The translations under genes were made by a program, and so were the position numbers. A stretch of DNA of 63,911 bases, counting the filler, from Phoronis australis (taxonomy: Eukaryota > Animalia > Phoronida): assembly GCA_002633005.1 (NCBI GenBank). It is 4 parts of 4 records of this genome, joined end to end, with 100 filler letters (N's around TTAATTAATTAA, not from the genome) between each part and the next. Parts side by side here need not be neighbours in the genome. Positions count along the whole stretch, not along the records: positions 51,012 to 62,437 come from NMRA01001694.1; positions 62,538 to 63,911 come from NMRA01000064.1; 2 more parts are not named here. One strand, given 5' to 3'. This document shows, piece after piece, positions 62,010 to 63,911 of the stretch (position 1 is its first letter; every line of letters starts with the position of its first letter). The notes below the pieces were generated by a model. That model was given only the letters and a program-made list of their open reading frames with translations, was not told the origin of the DNA and did no database searches.

Positions 62010-62283
62010 CGAATGGAAGTATTGTAGCCCCCAGATGGCCCTGCGTTGGTTTGAATGCGCTAAATCTCCCCTTACTCCCAGCTCTCCTAATGTTGTTAAT
62101 CCATTTTCGCGAAATTCTTGGCTTGCAGGGAACTCATAAAATTCAGATTTTTATCTCTCTTGTTGTTTTTGAAGCAGCCAGGAACACAACAAGTGTATCC
62201 GCCGTAAGTTTTCTTCGTGCTCACCGCTTACGGTTACTATGGCCGCTTTCGGAATCCTGACCACAGCACCCACAATGCACCAT
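62010..62283 (-). pseudogene. Frameshifted THAP-domain relic, probably from a DNA transposase
   Basis: GGYTCCVPGCFKNNKRDKNLNF/YEFPASQEFRE/WINNIRRAGSKGRFSAFKPTQGH across two single-base frameshifts; the terminal VCSxHF is deleted. Confidence 0.75.
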
Positions 62284-63911
62284 TTTAACCTAATTTCAAT
62301 ATGGCGTCGCTGCAAATCCGCTATTCTAGCACATTTTCTTGCATTTTCTTGTCAAGTTTCATCCACTGTCACACACAGTCGTTACTATTGAAGCAATCAC
62401 TTACGTATAATTTCAGAACTCTTTCAAGAGTCTCCTTNNNNNNNNNNNNNNNNNNNNNNNNNNNNNNNNNNNNNNNNNNNNTTAATTAATTAANNNNNNN
62501 NNNNNNNNNNNNNNNNNNNNNNNNNNNNNNNNNNNNNATAAGAAAATTGATGATTTTTAAATAAAAAGTATGAGGAGTAAGATAAGCAAGTTCCAATATT
62601 CACTTGACATAGAAGTATAAAAGAGTTTGTGGAGACAGTTTGAGATTCATAGATCCTTATAATTGAAAAAATGTTCATTGAAATTATAGACACATGGTGA
62701 ACAGAGACACCTGGTGGCTGCCAAAAGTATTGTTCACAGGCTACTTTAATTTTTGACAATGTTGGACAAGACAACTAGTTCTTGTCTGTCAATCATCTAA
62801 GTTCTTAACAGGTCCTCCTGGATGCAATTTGTTTGCAAGTGTTGGATTTTATATTTTAACCTATTAAAAATAATTAAAAAATTATGGGTCATGGGTTGGA
62901 GAAATAAATGAAAAATATGGGCGGTGGGTACGAAATAAAAGTGCCTTCCCCCCCCTCCCATACAGATTTTGCTGGAACAGCCCTTAATGTAGTAGCTGTA
63001 TATTTGTAATATTTGTTTGTAAAGTCTATTGGCAATTTGTTTTAAACTGCACACCGCAAGATTAGAAATTGTACAGAGAGTATGAGCGATACTATATCAA
63101 GCTGTCCAATGGAAAGTACAGTCACATTTTCAACCAAGTTTCCAGCTACCAAACTATACACATCATTCAACAAAATTCATATGACTGGACCACCATCAAT
63201 GCAGCCAGAATAGAACAAATATAAAACGGGTGTAATGCCTGAAGCTAAATTCCAGATTGGTAGAGAAAATCAGATTTGGAAAATGTGTAACCAAGCAATA
63301 AAACAGGAGGACCTGCATTCAGCAGACAATAAAGAAACATAATCAGCAGGTAGATGAGTTTTTCTGTTCACAAAAACTGTAGAGCACCTGGAAGCGTTTC
63401 ATCAACTTTGTGCGCTCACAGCGTGTTGTGAAAGTAGTGTAAAAACATAGTCAAACATGAAGACGCAGTTTTGCTTGACATTTGATTGACGGCCAAGGGA
63501 ACCACAAACAGAAAACTCAGTGTCAAAGTTTAGATGCATACCTCACAATTTTATCCATTCACATTAAAAGGCCGACAATCATACAAGCAATATCTGCATA
63601 TGCATACAATTGTTAACCCCAGCTCCGCCCCAAGGCTGTTTCATAAATATCCGGTGAACAAGATTCTCTCCCAGGCCTCAAAATCAAATGAAAAGTTATA
63701 CAACTAAATATTTTAGAAGCCAACATGTGTAAAATTTACAACTGAATAACCACTTACTTGACGTTTTACTTTTGACACCTTTGGCAGGTGAACTTTTCAG
63801 TGTACTTTTAGTCTTTTGGCCATCATCTATCTTCGTGTCTTTATTTGTATTTTTATGCGACTTGGACAAGCTTTTATCACTCGACTTTGAGTCTTCCTTT
63901 AAGCTCTTCTT

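Overview
AT-rich eukaryotic (animal, probably invertebrate) draft-assembly DNA with spliceosomal introns, so most ORF-track entries are not genes. Three 100-bp gaps carry an artificial TTAATTAATTAA spacer (31358-31457, 50912-51011, 62438-62537), so adjacency across them is not trustworthy. Two intron-containing genes can be rebuilt with consistent splice phases. The first is a CAP/SCP (CRISP/antigen-5/PR-1) domain gene on + (four exons, ~24959-29966, one GC-AG intron, 3' end missing). The second is a large multi-C2H2 zinc-finger gene on - (ten exons, 44725 to 31770, ~1,160 codons, 11 fingers, both ends incomplete), whose most 5' visible exon occurs twice around an expanded 45-bp minisatellite. 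The rest is a dense, often nested patchwork of transposon relics: LINE 3' ends, Penelope RT and GIY-YIG pieces, Tc1, hAT, Kolobok-like TTAA elements, Harbinger-like MITEs, a Helentron-like repeat, a solo LTR inside a ~2-kb foldback, THAP relics, tRNA-derived heads and minisatellites. I see no convincing evidence of a wholly new biological system; the best leads are ranked in the findings.
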